Origin: Leptonemataceae bacterium
GTDB lineage: Bacteria; Spirochaetota; Leptospiria; Leptospirales; Leptonemataceae
NCBI GenBank assembly: GCA_965227295.1
Contig: OZ245742.1
Coordinates: 3,712,001 to 3,776,000, forward strand
Reading direction: 5' to 3'
Length of the DNA stretch: 64,000 nucleotides
This document shows, one piece after another, positions 37,986 to 48,164 of the stretch (positions within the stretch are counted from its first letter, which is position 1; each line of letters opens with the position of its first letter). Under the pieces are notes generated by a model. That model made no database searches and was not told where the DNA came from. It saw nothing but the letters and a program-made list of their open reading frames with translations. The translations under genes and the position numbers were made by a program.

Positions 37986-39095
37986 TCACCCGGCGTGAGA
38001 ATACCAACTCGCTATAAAACTGAATTGTCTTTTCTGATTCAGAATTGGATCTTTCACTACAAACGTGGGCAGTGGGATTGTGACTCCGAAGTGTTCTTTC
38101 AACATGTCTGTGGCTATGCCGATTGGCAGCTTCGTGCGCTCGTGCGTGACTCCCCTGCCAATGTCAATCTCACCCTCCTCACTTACCCATCCCTTAACGG
38201 CATTTTGTAGCTCCACGAATTGTCGCTTAGCTTCCAGGGCACCCTTGGCCGTAGCTTCAGCCAAACATCGATGAATGGAATGAAGCCATTGCCGAAAAAC
38301 TGTGGCATTCCTTGTATTCTTTACTTCGATCATAGCCTGGATCAACGATATTTTTTCTCTGCGTGCAGTGAGAAAAATGAACTCTTCCAGTCGAGGGAGA
38401 AGTAACTCAGAGCTGACTAATTCATGCATTGATTCAAGTAGTATTTTATCGGATTCGTCCTGAACCATCTGAAGACAATCGATAAGGATGGTACGCTGTC
38501 GTTCTGCCAATTGATCCAGGAGTTGATCCTTTGATGGGCTCAAGAAAAGCGGAGCATTGAGCAGACCTGCGAGTGTTATGTAAAACAGGAGTCGGGGTAA
38601 CGTAGGGCCTGTGTCAGCCAGGGTTGAAATAGCGAGAGCACTCTGTTGGAAGAGCGTATCATGGTAGTTCTCATAATCGCTTGTCGTAGGAAGGTCATCC
38701 CTCTGCTGGATTTCTTTTTCCAGGTTCTTGTACAGAGGATTATCGGCAATCATGTGGGTCTGGTATGCAGCGGAGTTATATACACTCTGAGGAAACTCAA
38801 CGGTTCTGATTGGTAGTGGTTGAGAAGGCAGTTCTCCATTGAGAGAGCTGGCGGCGACATGATCGATTACCAGAGTGTCATAGGCGATCATTCGACTCAG
38901 AAGTTTGACTGCATGTCTGATGGCTGGACGATTGCGAAATTCTGTTCTCATTGCCATATACACGGGTTCTGTTCGAATTGGTGTCCCCAGAAAATCACGG
39001 TGCTTCATGAGTTCTGAGATGGATGTTACATCTACGAAGGCGAAGTTCTGGTCAGGCGTAAGGCTTTGAAACTCAATTGTGGCGTTATTGATCAT
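37986..39095 (-). CDS. Hypothetical protein (low GC, likely horizontally acquired)
   Basis: 369-aa ORF in an AT-richer segment; no motif recognised. Confidence 0.7.
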   Translation of the reverse strand: MINNATIEFQSLTPDQNFAFVDVTSISELMKHRDFLGTPIRTEPVYMAMRTEFRNRPAIRHAVKLLSRMIAYDTLVIDHVAASSLNGELPSQPLPIRTVEFPQSVYNSAAYQTHMIADNPLYKNLEKEIQQRDDLPTTSDYENYHDTLFQQSALAISTLADTGPTLPRLLFYITLAGLLNAPLFLSPSKDQLLDQLAERQRTILIDCLQMVQDESDKILLESMHELVSSELLLPRLEEFIFLTARREKISLIQAMIEVKNTRNATVFRQWLHSIHRCLAEATAKGALEAKRQFVELQNAVKGWVSEEGEIDIGRGVTHERTKLPIGIATDMLKEHFGVTIPLPTFVVKDPILNQKRQFSFIASWYSHAG

Positions 39096-39238
39096 TTTAT
39101 GATGTTCTGATGGCTCCGTGGTTTGTCAATTCAGTTAGCCCGGGTCGCCGACGACCAGAGGTTAGCACGGGCTCTAACTTCCCATTTCAGGCACAATTGA
39201 GCAGTGAACCTCCTCTCACCGTCCACACTGATCCCACA

Positions 39239-42142
39239 TCACCCCGTCGCTCCCAACCCCACTGCCACACTTTCAATCGTCGATACCACCAGCTTACGAA
39301 TCTGATCCATCTCTTCCTCGGACGCGTCCGCTTCTTCCAGGTCCCGATAACGTCGGAGCAATTGCGTCTGCAACAGACCCAGGCTGTCCACCCAGGGTTG
39401 TTTGAGGAGGCGGGCCGCGAGCAGGTTCGGGAAGTTGCGCCGGTAGAAATCCGCCGGGTCGCTGCCGATGCCGTGCAGGAGGTTCGCCTCGCAAGTCGCG
39501 AACTCCGTGCGGATCCGTTCGAAAATGAACTGCGCGCCGTCTTGATCCCGGGCCAGGCCGGCATAGAGTTCGCCGATGTTTAAGTTCGTCTGAGCAAGAG
39601 CTAACGCGCTGTTCTGTAAAATCGCTCGAAAAAAATTCCAGTCCGCGTACATGCGCTTCACAAAGTCTTCGCCTCCCGGTACCTCGCCGCTCAGGTCGCT
39701 CAGTCCCTGGCCGAGACCGAACCAGCCCGGCAGCATTTGCCGTGACTGAAACCAGCGAAAGACCCAGGGAATGGCGCGCAGGTCGGCCACGGTTCGCATG
39801 GCGCGCCGTCGTCCCGGCCGCGAACCGATCTTCACCAGTTCCACCTCGCGCGGCGTCGCGTCCTCGAAGTACGCCACAAAGCGCGGTTCTTCGTGAATGA
39901 GATTGCGATACGTCGCGCCGGCGTGTTCGGCCAGGCGTGCCGCGGCGGCGAGGAACTCTTCCGGCGGTTCCGGATCGGGGCGCGCGTTCTTGTCCACGGC
40001 GGCGCTGACGATGGTCTCCAGGTGCATGTCCGCGATTTCTTCGACGACGTAGTAGCGTGACAGGACCTCGCCCTGTTCGGTCAGGTCGTAACCGCTGCGT
40101 GCGGCATCGGGCGGCAGCGAGTAGGCGGCGTGACGGCTGGATGCGCCGCCCCGGCCGATGGAACCGCCGCGGCCGTAAAAGAAGCGCACGTTCTGGTTTG
40201 CGCGGCGTCCGAGGGCCAGCAGCCGTTTCTGCGCCAGGTAGATCAGCCAGTTGCTGGTAAAGTAACCGCCGTCCTTGTTGCTGTCCGAAAAACCCAGCAT
40301 AACGATTTGCCGGCGTCCCCGGGCTTCAAGCTGCGCCTGGCAGGCCGGGTCGGCAAACACGGTCTCCATAATGTCGCTGCTGCGTTCGAGGTCGTCGATC
40401 GTTTCAAACAACGGAATGATGTCCAGGGCGCTGTGCCAAACGCCGTCCAGGTTCTGATAAAACAGGCCGGCGCTTTTCAAGAGCAAGAGCGCGTGCAGGA
40501 CGTCCTCGGGACGGGAGGTCATGGTGAGAATCAGATTCGTGGTGCAGTGCGGGCCGACGAACTCGTGCGCCCGGCGCACCGCGGCGAGCATCTCGTAGAT
40601 TCGTTTCACAAACTTCCAGTCATCAAAAGTTTTGAAAAATCGCTCACCCGTTTCGCTGTCCAGCGTCAGGCGCCGGAGATCCACCGCCTTCGGATCCAGA
40701 ATTTCCCGGCTCAACAGCTCGCGGTACGCCGGATCGCCGTCGTTCGCGGGACCGCTTTCCCCGGGATCGATATCGTGGCCGGCCGCGCGCAGGGCGAGCC
40801 GCGCCGCCCGGGCAATGTGCACACTGTCCTCGCGCAGATCGAGGGAGGCCAGGTGAAAGCCGAACATGGACAAACGATCGCGCAGCGGGCGGATGCGCTC
40901 CTCCGCGGTACTCTCGAAGCCGTTGCGACGCAGGGCGGCGTCCAGCACGGCCAGGTCCGCATCGGCTTCTTCCATGTAACGATACGCAAACAGCTCGTGC
41001 CCGGATTCTCCGCCCAGACGATACTGCCGGGCCCGTTCGCATTTGCGCGACATCAGTTCGATCTTCAAACGAAAGGGTTCGCGCTGGACGAAACGCAGCA
41101 GCGGATCCGGATCCAGGCCGGCCTGCTCCATGGCCGTTAGATCATCCCGAACAGAAGTTAATAGATCCCGCGCGTCGAGATCCGGCGTCCACGCGAGACT
41201 CAGCATGGGACTGGTTTTGTTCAGGGCCTTCCCGAAGAGTTCCAGGGCCGCATCGCGCTGCAGGTCCACGGCGCGCTCGTAGACGCCGGCATTCACGAAG
41301 GGGTTGCCGTCCATATCGCCGCCGACCCAGCTACCGAACCGGAGCAGGGGCCGTTCCAGGCCGGCCGGCGATCGATCAAAGACGCGCTGAAACTCGGCGC
41401 GGACCTGTGCCGCCAGGCGCGGCCCCGCATCGTAGACGGTATTGCGAAAGTAGCCGATGACCTGGCGAACTTCGTCCAGCACCTCGGGTTTTTCCACGCG
41501 GCCGAAGCGGGTGGCCGCGGCGACGTTCAGTCGTTCCCGAACGCTCCGCACCAGTTGTGCAAAGTGCGTCTCGTCCGTGGCGTTGTACAGTTCTTTGAGC
41601 AGCGCGTACATTTCCCGTCGACCCTCGAGGATGATGCTGCGAAAGATGTTGGTCGGATGCGCCGTGGCCACGAGGCGAATCTGTACGCGCTGGAGAATGG
41701 CTCCGATTTCTTCGGCGGAGACCCCGTCGTCTCGCAGGGCGGCGATGGTGCGGCCCATGCCCATGCCTTCGGCGGCGAAACGCTGTCGTTGGTGCAGTCC
41801 TTCGGCAAGACTCAGGAGTGACAGCAGCATGCGGTAGGCCGTGGTGACGGCTTCCATGCGGGCAGGATCTTCGCCCACGGCTCGTAGAAAACTTGCGCGA
41901 CCGTCCTCGGTGAGCGTGTCCGCTCTCCCGCCGGAAGCCACCAGACGTTGTAACTCTACCCCCTCCCGTTCCCGGAGGATATCGAAGAATAATGTAAGCA
42001 AGAAACGAACCGTACGCGCGAGCGCCGGGCTAATGGATTCGGCTTCTTTTATGAAATGGAGGGACGGGTCCTCATCGTCGAGGTCCAGGCCGGTCAGGAG
42101 TTGTTCGGTGTAACGATCGAAGAGCGAGTTTCCGGCAGGCAT
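39239..42142 (-). CDS. ppc: Phosphoenolpyruvate carboxylase
   Basis: TAHPT, GSWVGGDMDGNP, LDLREDS, PLFETIDDL, VMLGFSDSNKDGG, GRGGSIGRGG, TEQGE, LRAIPWVF and terminal TG motifs. Confidence 0.96.
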   Translation of the reverse strand: MPAGNSLFDRYTEQLLTGLDLDDEDPSLHFIKEAESISPALARTVRFLLTLFFDILREREGVELQRLVASGGRADTLTEDGRASFLRAVGEDPARMEAVTTAYRMLLSLLSLAEGLHQRQRFAAEGMGMGRTIAALRDDGVSAEEIGAILQRVQIRLVATAHPTNIFRSIILEGRREMYALLKELYNATDETHFAQLVRSVRERLNVAAATRFGRVEKPEVLDEVRQVIGYFRNTVYDAGPRLAAQVRAEFQRVFDRSPAGLERPLLRFGSWVGGDMDGNPFVNAGVYERAVDLQRDAALELFGKALNKTSPMLSLAWTPDLDARDLLTSVRDDLTAMEQAGLDPDPLLRFVQREPFRLKIELMSRKCERARQYRLGGESGHELFAYRYMEEADADLAVLDAALRRNGFESTAEERIRPLRDRLSMFGFHLASLDLREDSVHIARAARLALRAAGHDIDPGESGPANDGDPAYRELLSREILDPKAVDLRRLTLDSETGERFFKTFDDWKFVKRIYEMLAAVRRAHEFVGPHCTTNLILTMTSRPEDVLHALLLLKSAGLFYQNLDGVWHSALDIIPLFETIDDLERSSDIMETVFADPACQAQLEARGRRQIVMLGFSDSNKDGGYFTSNWLIYLAQKRLLALGRRANQNVRFFYGRGGSIGRGGASSRHAAYSLPPDAARSGYDLTEQGEVLSRYYVVEEIADMHLETIVSAAVDKNARPDPEPPEEFLAAAARLAEHAGATYRNLIHEEPRFVAYFEDATPREVELVKIGSRPGRRRAMRTVADLRAIPWVFRWFQSRQMLPGWFGLGQGLSDLSGEVPGGEDFVKRMYADWNFFRAILQNSALALAQTNLNIGELYAGLARDQDGAQFIFERIRTEFATCEANLLHGIGSDPADFYRRNFPNLLAARLLKQPWVDSLGLLQTQLLRRYRDLEEADASEEEMDQIRKLVVSTIESVAVGLGATG

Positions 42143-42252
42143 GTTTGTTTTGCGCCTGTGCAACGGTGCGTGTCAAGGAAGAGAAAGGCCGGTCCGGACC
42201 AAAGCCATCGAAGATTCAGCGAATTTCGACGGAGCCGTCACCGGATCGTCAC

Positions 42253-43053
42253 TCACTCGCGTGCCATCATCAACACGCCGTGTTGTGTCTTCGCGATCAC
42301 ACTGTTCTTTTGAAACGACGACATCGCCTCGGCCATGTCCGTGTCACTGATTCGACTCATGGACGCCACCGCGTTCACCAGATAGAAGGCCTGGCCTTCG
42401 ATGCGAAAGGTGAGCACGTTGTCCTTTACGCCGGCAACGATTCGTCGCCGGCTCAGTTTTTTCAAAGCTGCGTCCGCATGACCGACGGCCTCGTACGGTT
42501 GCCGGACAAGATCGATGCGACGCAGGCCCAGAGACTCTGCCGTCAATTCTTCGACGATCAGCTTCTTGTTGAACTGACTGAAGCGCGCGTGCATGTCGAT
42601 CTGCGCTAAGAGTTGATCAATTTCACTTTGGGCGATCTCGCGTTCGTCGGGCCCCATGATGCCGCCGGTGTTGCGGACGATCAATTCACGAATGCGCTGA
42701 ACGATCTGCTGGTTTTGCGCAATCGTGCCTTCGACGTGGCGCAGATAATTACGAAAGTCGGCCGCATTCATGGACTCGCGGCGCAGCCCGCGCACCAGGC
42801 TGTCCATTTGTTCGGCGACGGCCAGGCCCGCCGGGTCGAGGCCCGCGGACGTGATGCGCTCGCCCGAAGCCAACTGGCCGGCGGTTTGATCGAGGCCGGC
42901 GTTGCGCAGGCGGCTCTGCCGTAGAATGAACTGTTGCGTGCCTTTGCGAAGCACGTAGAAGTTTGCGCCGGACGGCTGGAAGAGGGACTGGGCGCTCAGT
43001 GCGGAAGAGGCGAGGGAGCTGAGCAGCAACGTTAGTAACAGGATGCGATTCAT
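42253..43053 (-). CDS. Flagellin-like protein with an apparent N-terminal Sec signal peptide
   Basis: LASGERITSAGLDPAGLAVA, QRIREL, EIDQL, QFN and SRISDTDMAE motifs; N-terminus MNRILLLTLLLSSLASSALSA. Confidence 0.85.
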   Translation of the reverse strand: MNRILLLTLLLSSLASSALSAQSLFQPSGANFYVLRKGTQQFILRQSRLRNAGLDQTAGQLASGERITSAGLDPAGLAVAEQMDSLVRGLRRESMNAADFRNYLRHVEGTIAQNQQIVQRIRELIVRNTGGIMGPDEREIAQSEIDQLLAQIDMHARFSQFNKKLIVEELTAESLGLRRIDLVRQPYEAVGHADAALKKLSRRRIVAGVKDNVLTFRIEGQAFYLVNAVASMSRISDTDMAEAMSSFQKNSVIAKTQHGVLMMARE

Positions 43054-43082
43054 GATTTACACTATATCTATATCTGTCGATC

Positions 43083-43886
43083 TCACTTCCGGCACGCGAT
43101 GCGCAGCGTACCCACCTGCAATTCCTCGGCCGGCAACTCGCGAAAACGCGTTGCCAGTCGTTCTGATGCCGGCGGTGACTGTTTGATGAGAGCATCCTCC
43201 GTGTTCGTAACGGAAAAGCCTGCGTCCTCGAATGCACGGACATAGTCCGATCGCCGCGCCCGGTTTAAATGAAAGCCGCCCCGCGGATTCAGCCAGGCAT
43301 TCCAGGTCCCGTCGGAGTACGCCAAAAAGCGGTACGGATCCGAGAACGCGCCGTGGTCTTTCAGGTCGATGCTATGGCAGGATATCCCGCCGTCTGCCAG
43401 CAGCGCATACGTGCGCCGAATCACCCCGGCATAATCCTTAACATGCTCCAGGCAGGAGTTACTGACGACCAGATCCGGCCGGGGTTCTACGGAGGTCGTA
43501 TCCATTTTCAGGAGGTCCGCCTGGTAAATCGAAAGGCCGTCCGCGAGCTGGTTCTCATCCAGGCCGAGTTCCCGGGCGAGGGCGCCGAGTTCGTTGAGCT
43601 GCTCCTGTTTCGAAGCGGCGTAGAGGTCCACCATGCTCACGTGTTTCGCGCCGGCGGCGAGAAAGAAACACGCCATGTAGGCCACGCGCCCGGAGCCGAT
43701 TTCCAGGACATGACGATCGGCCAGGTCGATGCCGAAAGACGTGAAGATGCTCTGGTAGTACTCAAAGACTCTTCGGGCATGCGCCACGGAGCCGGCGCTA
43801 CGGCCGCGCAGAGAGTCCGCGAGATAAAACAGACGCGGCGGAACCCAGTGTCGCACCAACGCGCGGGGAAGATCCAGAAACGACAT
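43083..43886 (-). CDS. Class I SAM-dependent methyltransferase
   Basis: VLEIGSG, DLVVSNSCLEHV, HSIDLKDH and LNRAR motifs. Confidence 0.85.
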   Translation of the reverse strand: MSFLDLPRALVRHWVPPRLFYLADSLRGRSAGSVAHARRVFEYYQSIFTSFGIDLADRHVLEIGSGRVAYMACFFLAAGAKHVSMVDLYAASKQEQLNELGALARELGLDENQLADGLSIYQADLLKMDTTSVEPRPDLVVSNSCLEHVKDYAGVIRRTYALLADGGISCHSIDLKDHGAFSDPYRFLAYSDGTWNAWLNPRGGFHLNRARRSDYVRAFEDAGFSVTNTEDALIKQSPPASERLATRFRELPAEELQVGTLRIACRK

Positions 43887-44012
43887 CCCCGGAAGATTCC
43901 GCGCGACGCCGGCCCATGTCGATGAATTTTCCCGGTCGAAGACGGCCGTGCCCATGGAAAAAAAATTCGTCCATATGCGCGATCTTACGTTACACAGGGC
44001 AGGAGGAACCTG

Positions 44013-44456
44013 ATGCAAATCGAAGCGTTCGAATATACCCTGGCCGCGATGCCTGACGAAGCAGTGCGCCTGCTGTTACCGGATCATCGGGCGGTGCCGG
44101 GTAATTATCATTTGACCGAGGTCAGTCGGGAAGAGCGGCATACGGTGGACTGTGGTCGCGGGGTGAGTGCGGGCGGTCGCAGCGTCGTCGTACAAATTCT
44201 TGCGGGCAACGACGGAGAACCCATGAAGGCGGCGGCCATGAGCCGCATCTTTACGGAAAGCCGGAAGCTATTGGGGCAGGAAAGCTTGACCGGTGAATTG
44301 TTTTTTGAGTATGATGCGGGCGTGCTCGGTCGATATCGTGTAGGCGAAGTGTTGTCCCGGACCGACGGCCTCGCGGTGCTCCTGGAACCGTTGCATGCAG
44401 CCTGTCGGCCCGCGGAACGCATGCGCCGGAGCGGCGGCGGGCGTTGTTGTGCTTAA
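44013..44456 (+). CDS. DUF6428-like protein (metal/arsenic-resistance associated)
   Basis: VP..YHLTEV, VDCG, FEY, AC and terminal CC motifs. Confidence 0.7.
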   Translation: MQIEAFEYTLAAMPDEAVRLLLPDHRAVPGNYHLTEVSREERHTVDCGRGVSAGGRSVVVQILAGNDGEPMKAAAMSRIFTESRKLLGQESLTGELFFEYDAGVLGRYRVGEVLSRTDGLAVLLEPLHAACRPAERMRRSGGGRCCA

Positions 44457-45017
44457 ATGAGTGCGAAGATCGAACAGGCCTTTCGTGAACTACGGGAACC
44501 GCTGCTGCGTTTCGCGCGGCGGCGGTTGCGAAACGAAGAGGACGCGCTGGACATTGTGCAGGGTATCTTCCTGCGCCTGGCCGCGCAGCCGGAATTGCCG
44601 CCGGCCGGAGAACTGAGCGCGTACCTGTATCGCTCCGTCCGCAACGCGCTCATCGATCACGCCCGCCGGCGCGGTCCACAGGAAATCCCGTTTCAAGAGG
44701 ACGCCACGCCGACATCGGAAAATGAAGAACACACCATCCACGCGGAAATCGAAACGTGTCTGCGCGGCTTCGTAGATGCGCTGCCGCCGGAGGACCGGGA
44801 GTGGATTCGTGCCGTCTATCTCCGGGGTCGTTCGCAACGCGAATTGGCCGAAGAACAGCAAGTGCCGTACTCCAGTGCGAAGTCCCGCGTACAACGAGCC
44901 CGGGACCGCCTGCGCGCGGAGTTCCTGCGTTGCTGTCAGTTACAGTACGATGCGGGAGGCGCCGTCGCCGGCATGCGCGCGAACGCAAACGGTTGCCGTG
45001 ATTGCAGTCCTGGTTAA
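44457..45017 (+). CDS. ECF sigma factor (SigZ-like)
   Basis: DIVQGIFL, YLYRSVRNALIDH, SQRELA and AKSRVQRAR...CC motifs. Confidence 0.88.
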   Translation: MSAKIEQAFRELREPLLRFARRRLRNEEDALDIVQGIFLRLAAQPELPPAGELSAYLYRSVRNALIDHARRRGPQEIPFQEDATPTSENEEHTIHAEIETCLRGFVDALPPEDREWIRAVYLRGRSQRELAEEQQVPYSSAKSRVQRARDRLRAEFLRCCQLQYDAGGAVAGMRANANGCRDCSPG

Positions 45018-45162
45018 ACGATGCCGGCTTCTTTGTTTTCCGCCCGCAAGAGATTGGGAGCCGTGCTCCGGGTAAATGCGCATCAGCTCATAAAATAGAT
45101 CGCGGTCCAGAAAGATCAACATGGCATTGCGATCCAGGGTCCGTGCGGTTGTCCCCCATATA

Positions 45163-45216
45163 CCATATACCCCTATAAGGTATATGGATTGACAGCCATG
45201 CGGAAGGTCTTATACT
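45163..45216 (+). promoter_or_regulatory. CsoR/RcnR-type operator palindrome adjoining a sigma70 promoter
   Basis: CCATATACC-N7-GGTATATGG (45163-45187), then TTGACA (45189-45194), N16, TATACT (45211-45216). Confidence 0.7.
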
Positions 45217-45223
45217 GTCCGGC

Positions 45224-45952
45224 ATGCCGACCGTCAGCATCGCCGTCGTCCTGTATGAGGGGTTCACCGCCCTGGACGCCGTGGGTCCGTACGAAGTGTT
45301 GTCGCAGGGCCCGGGGGTGGATCTGCGCTTCGTCGCCGAGCGCAAAGGCCTGGTGCGCACCGATACCGGGCATTTAAGCGTACAGGTCGACCATGACTTC
45401 GATGATGTCCCCCGGCCCGATGTCCTGCTGGTGCCCGGCTCCACCATCAGCTTCCTTCGCGAAGCTCGCAATCCGGCCATGCTGGAGTACGTGCGGCGGG
45501 CCCATGAACACACGCGGCATACGGTTTCGATTTGCACGGGTTCCCTTATCCTGGCGGCGGCCGGGATCTTGAAAGACCTGGAGGCCACGTCGCACTGGTA
45601 TCCGCGGCAACTGTTGTCCGCTTACGGAGCGAAGCCGGTGGACCGCCGCATCGTGGATCACGGGAAGATCATCACCGCGGCCGGGGTTTCCGCGGGCATC
45701 GACGCCGGGCTGCATCTCATGCGCAACCTCTGGAACGATCGCGAGGCCCGGCTCGCGCAGCTGATGATCGAATACGATCCGGAGCCGCCGTTCCCCGACG
45801 GCGGAAACGCGGGCACCGTGGATGCGGGCATCCTGCGTCGGGCGAAGCGTCGCCTGGAATGGGCATCTGTCGCCTGGCTGCGCAGACACGGCGAGTCGGT
45901 GGTCGGCTCGTTATGGCGCTACCTGGAACTCAATCTACGTTCGATCTTTTAA
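45224..45952 (+). CDS. DJ-1/PfpI family protein
   Basis: [35 protein letters not shown] and EYDPEPPF motifs. Confidence 0.92.
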   Translation: MPTVSIAVVLYEGFTALDAVGPYEVLSQGPGVDLRFVAERKGLVRTDTGHLSVQVDHDFDDVPRPDVLLVPGSTISFLREARNPAMLEYVRRAHEHTRHTVSICTGSLILAAAGILKDLEATSHWYPRQLLSAYGAKPVDRRIVDHGKIITAAGVSAGIDAGLHLMRNLWNDREARLAQLMIEYDPEPPFPDGGNAGTVDAGILRRAKRRLEWASVAWLRRHGESVVGSLWRYLELNLRSIF

Positions 45953-45971
45953 CTTACACTCAGAATACATT

Positions 45972-48152
45972 ATGAACACAACCACGGAAACACCCACCAT
46001 CTACACCTGCCCCATGCACCCCGAGATCGAACAGGAAGGGCCCGGTGATTGCCCGAAGTGCGGCATGGCCCTGGAGCCGAAGGGTCTCCCCGTCGACTCC
46101 GGGGACGCAACTGCGGGCGACGATCCGGAACTTGTCGATATGCGCCGTCGTTTTTACGGCGGCCTCGTCTTTACGGTTCCGCTTTTCATCCTGTCTATGG
46201 GTGAGATGATTCCCGGCGTCGACTGGAAACGATGGTTCGGCCTCGCGCCGCCACTGGCGCTGTACATTCAGTTTGCTCTGGCCACGCCGGTGGTGGTGTG
46301 GTCCGGCCTGCCGTTCTTCGTGCGCGCCTGGCGTTCCGTGTTAAATGTCAGTCCGAACATGTTTACATTGATCGGACTCGGAACCGGTGTCGCTTATGCA
46401 TATAGTGCGGTGGCGGTGTTGCGTCCCGATCTGTTCCCGCCGGAGCTGCATACCCATCACGGCCTTGTTCCGGTTTATTTTGAATCGGCCGGTGTCATCG
46501 TGGTCCTCGTCTTGCTCGGCCAGGTCCTCGAACTGCGCGCCCGGGCGCAGACGGGGGATGCATTGCGTTCCTTGCTGGACCTGCGGCCGACTACGGCACG
46601 CAAGCTGACGGACTGCGGTCACGAACACGATGTGCCGGTCGCGGACATCCAGGCAGGCGATCGATTGCGCGTGCGTCCCGGCGAAAGCATTCCCGTGGAC
46701 GGCACGCTGGAAGAAGGATCGAGCAGCGTCGACGAGTCCATGATTACCGGGGAACCCGTGCCCGTAGAAAAACAGGTTGGAGATACCGTGTCCGGCGGCA
46801 CGGTGAACGGGAACGGCTCGTTCGTGATGATTGCCGAGCGCGTCGGCGGGGACACGTTGCTCTCGCGCATCGTGGAGATGGTGGCCGAGGCCCGTCGGAG
46901 CCGGGCGCCGATCCAGCGCGTCGCGGACCTGGTTTCCGCGTACTTCGTGCCGGCCGTCGTCGCTGTCGCCGTTCTCGCTTTCATTGTATGGCTTGTGGTG
47001 GGGCCGGAGCCGCGCTTCGCGTATGCGTTGCTTGCGGCGGTGAGTGTCTTGATCATCGCCTGTCCGTGCGCCCTGGGTCTCGCCACGCCCATTTCGATTA
47101 TGGTGGGCACCGGTCGGGGAGCGCACGCCGGGGTACTTGTCCGCGACGCGGCCAGCCTGGAAAGTTTTGAACGCATCGATACCATCGTCGTCGACAAGAC
47201 GGGTACGCTCACTGAAGGCCGGCCGCGCGTCGATTCGGTAACGATTGCTAACAGTCAGTCAAAAGAATTCAGCGAAAAGGACGCCGCCGGCCTGGCGGCA
47301 GCCCTGGAGCGAGGCAGTGAGCATCCCCTGGCCGCGGCCATTCTGGAGTACGCGGAGCCGACCGGCAGGGTGCGGGACTTTGCCGCGCATACGGGCAAGG
47401 GCGTCTCCGGCGTTCTGGAAGGCGAGGGTAAGGATCGTCGTCTGGCGTTGGGCAATGAGGCATTGTTCGAAGATCGTGCGATGATGATTCCCGATGATCT
47501 CGCTGAATGCGCGCGGGAACTGCGCGGGAAGGGACGGACCGTGGTCTTTCTCGGAGTAGACGAACAGGTCGTCGCGATCCTGGCCGTCGTCGATCCGATC
47601 AAAGAAAGCACCCCCGAGGCGCTGAGGGCCCTCCGGGACCTGGGCGTGCGCATCCTCATGTTGACGGGGGACAGCGAGGGCACGGCCCGGGCCGTGGGCC
47701 GGGAACTGGGCTTCGACGACGAGGACGTACATGCCGGCGTGTTGCCGGAGGATAAGGCCCGCATCGTGAAGGACTTACAGAGTGCGGGAGCCCTGGTTGC
47801 CATGGCCGGGGACGGCGTCAACGATGCCCCGGCCCTGAGCGCCGCCACCGTCGGCATCGCCATGGGCAGCGGAACCGACGTGGCCATCGAGTCGGCCGGC
47901 ATTACGTTGCTCAAGGGGGATCTACGCGGCATTGTGCGCGCGCGGAAGTTGAGCGATGCGGTCATGCGCAACATACGCCAGAATCTGTTCTTTGCGTTCG
48001 TTTACAACGGTCTCGGCGTTCCCCTGGCGGCGGGCGTATTGTATCCGATCTTCGGACTGCTGCTGAGCCCCATGATCGCCGCGGCGGCCATGAGTTTCAG
48101 TTCGGTGTCGGTCATTGCGAACGCCCTGCGGCTGCGCGGCGTCGATCTTTAA
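45972..48152 (+). CDS. copA: Cu(I)-translocating P1B-type ATPase
   Basis: YTCPMHP..CPKCGM, TGE, CPCALG, DKTGT, SEHPL, GDGVND, YN and MxxSS motifs. Confidence 0.96.
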   Translation: MNTTTETPTIYTCPMHPEIEQEGPGDCPKCGMALEPKGLPVDSGDATAGDDPELVDMRRRFYGGLVFTVPLFILSMGEMIPGVDWKRWFGLAPPLALYIQFALATPVVVWSGLPFFVRAWRSVLNVSPNMFTLIGLGTGVAYAYSAVAVLRPDLFPPELHTHHGLVPVYFESAGVIVVLVLLGQVLELRARAQTGDALRSLLDLRPTTARKLTDCGHEHDVPVADIQAGDRLRVRPGESIPVDGTLEEGSSSVDESMITGEPVPVEKQVGDTVSGGTVNGNGSFVMIAERVGGDTLLSRIVEMVAEARRSRAPIQRVADLVSAYFVPAVVAVAVLAFIVWLVVGPEPRFAYALLAAVSVLIIACPCALGLATPISIMVGTGRGAHAGVLVRDAASLESFERIDTIVVDKTGTLTEGRPRVDSVTIANSQSKEFSEKDAAGLAAALERGSEHPLAAAILEYAEPTGRVRDFAAHTGKGVSGVLEGEGKDRRLALGNEALFEDRAMMIPDDLAECARELRGKGRTVVFLGVDEQVVAILAVVDPIKESTPEALRALRDLGVRILMLTGDSEGTARAVGRELGFDDEDVHAGVLPEDKARIVKDLQSAGALVAMAGDGVNDAPALSAATVGIAMGSGTDVAIESAGITLLKGDLRGIVRARKLSDAVMRNIRQNLFFAFVYNGLGVPLAAGVLYPIFGLLLSPMIAAAAMSFSSVSVIANALRLRGVDL

Positions 48153-48164
48153 CTCTCTGTAATG

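Noticed and set aside
27263..39110. Prophage or integrative element explaining the accessory region
   Set aside because: No integrase, transposase, phage genes or att-like direct repeats were recognised.
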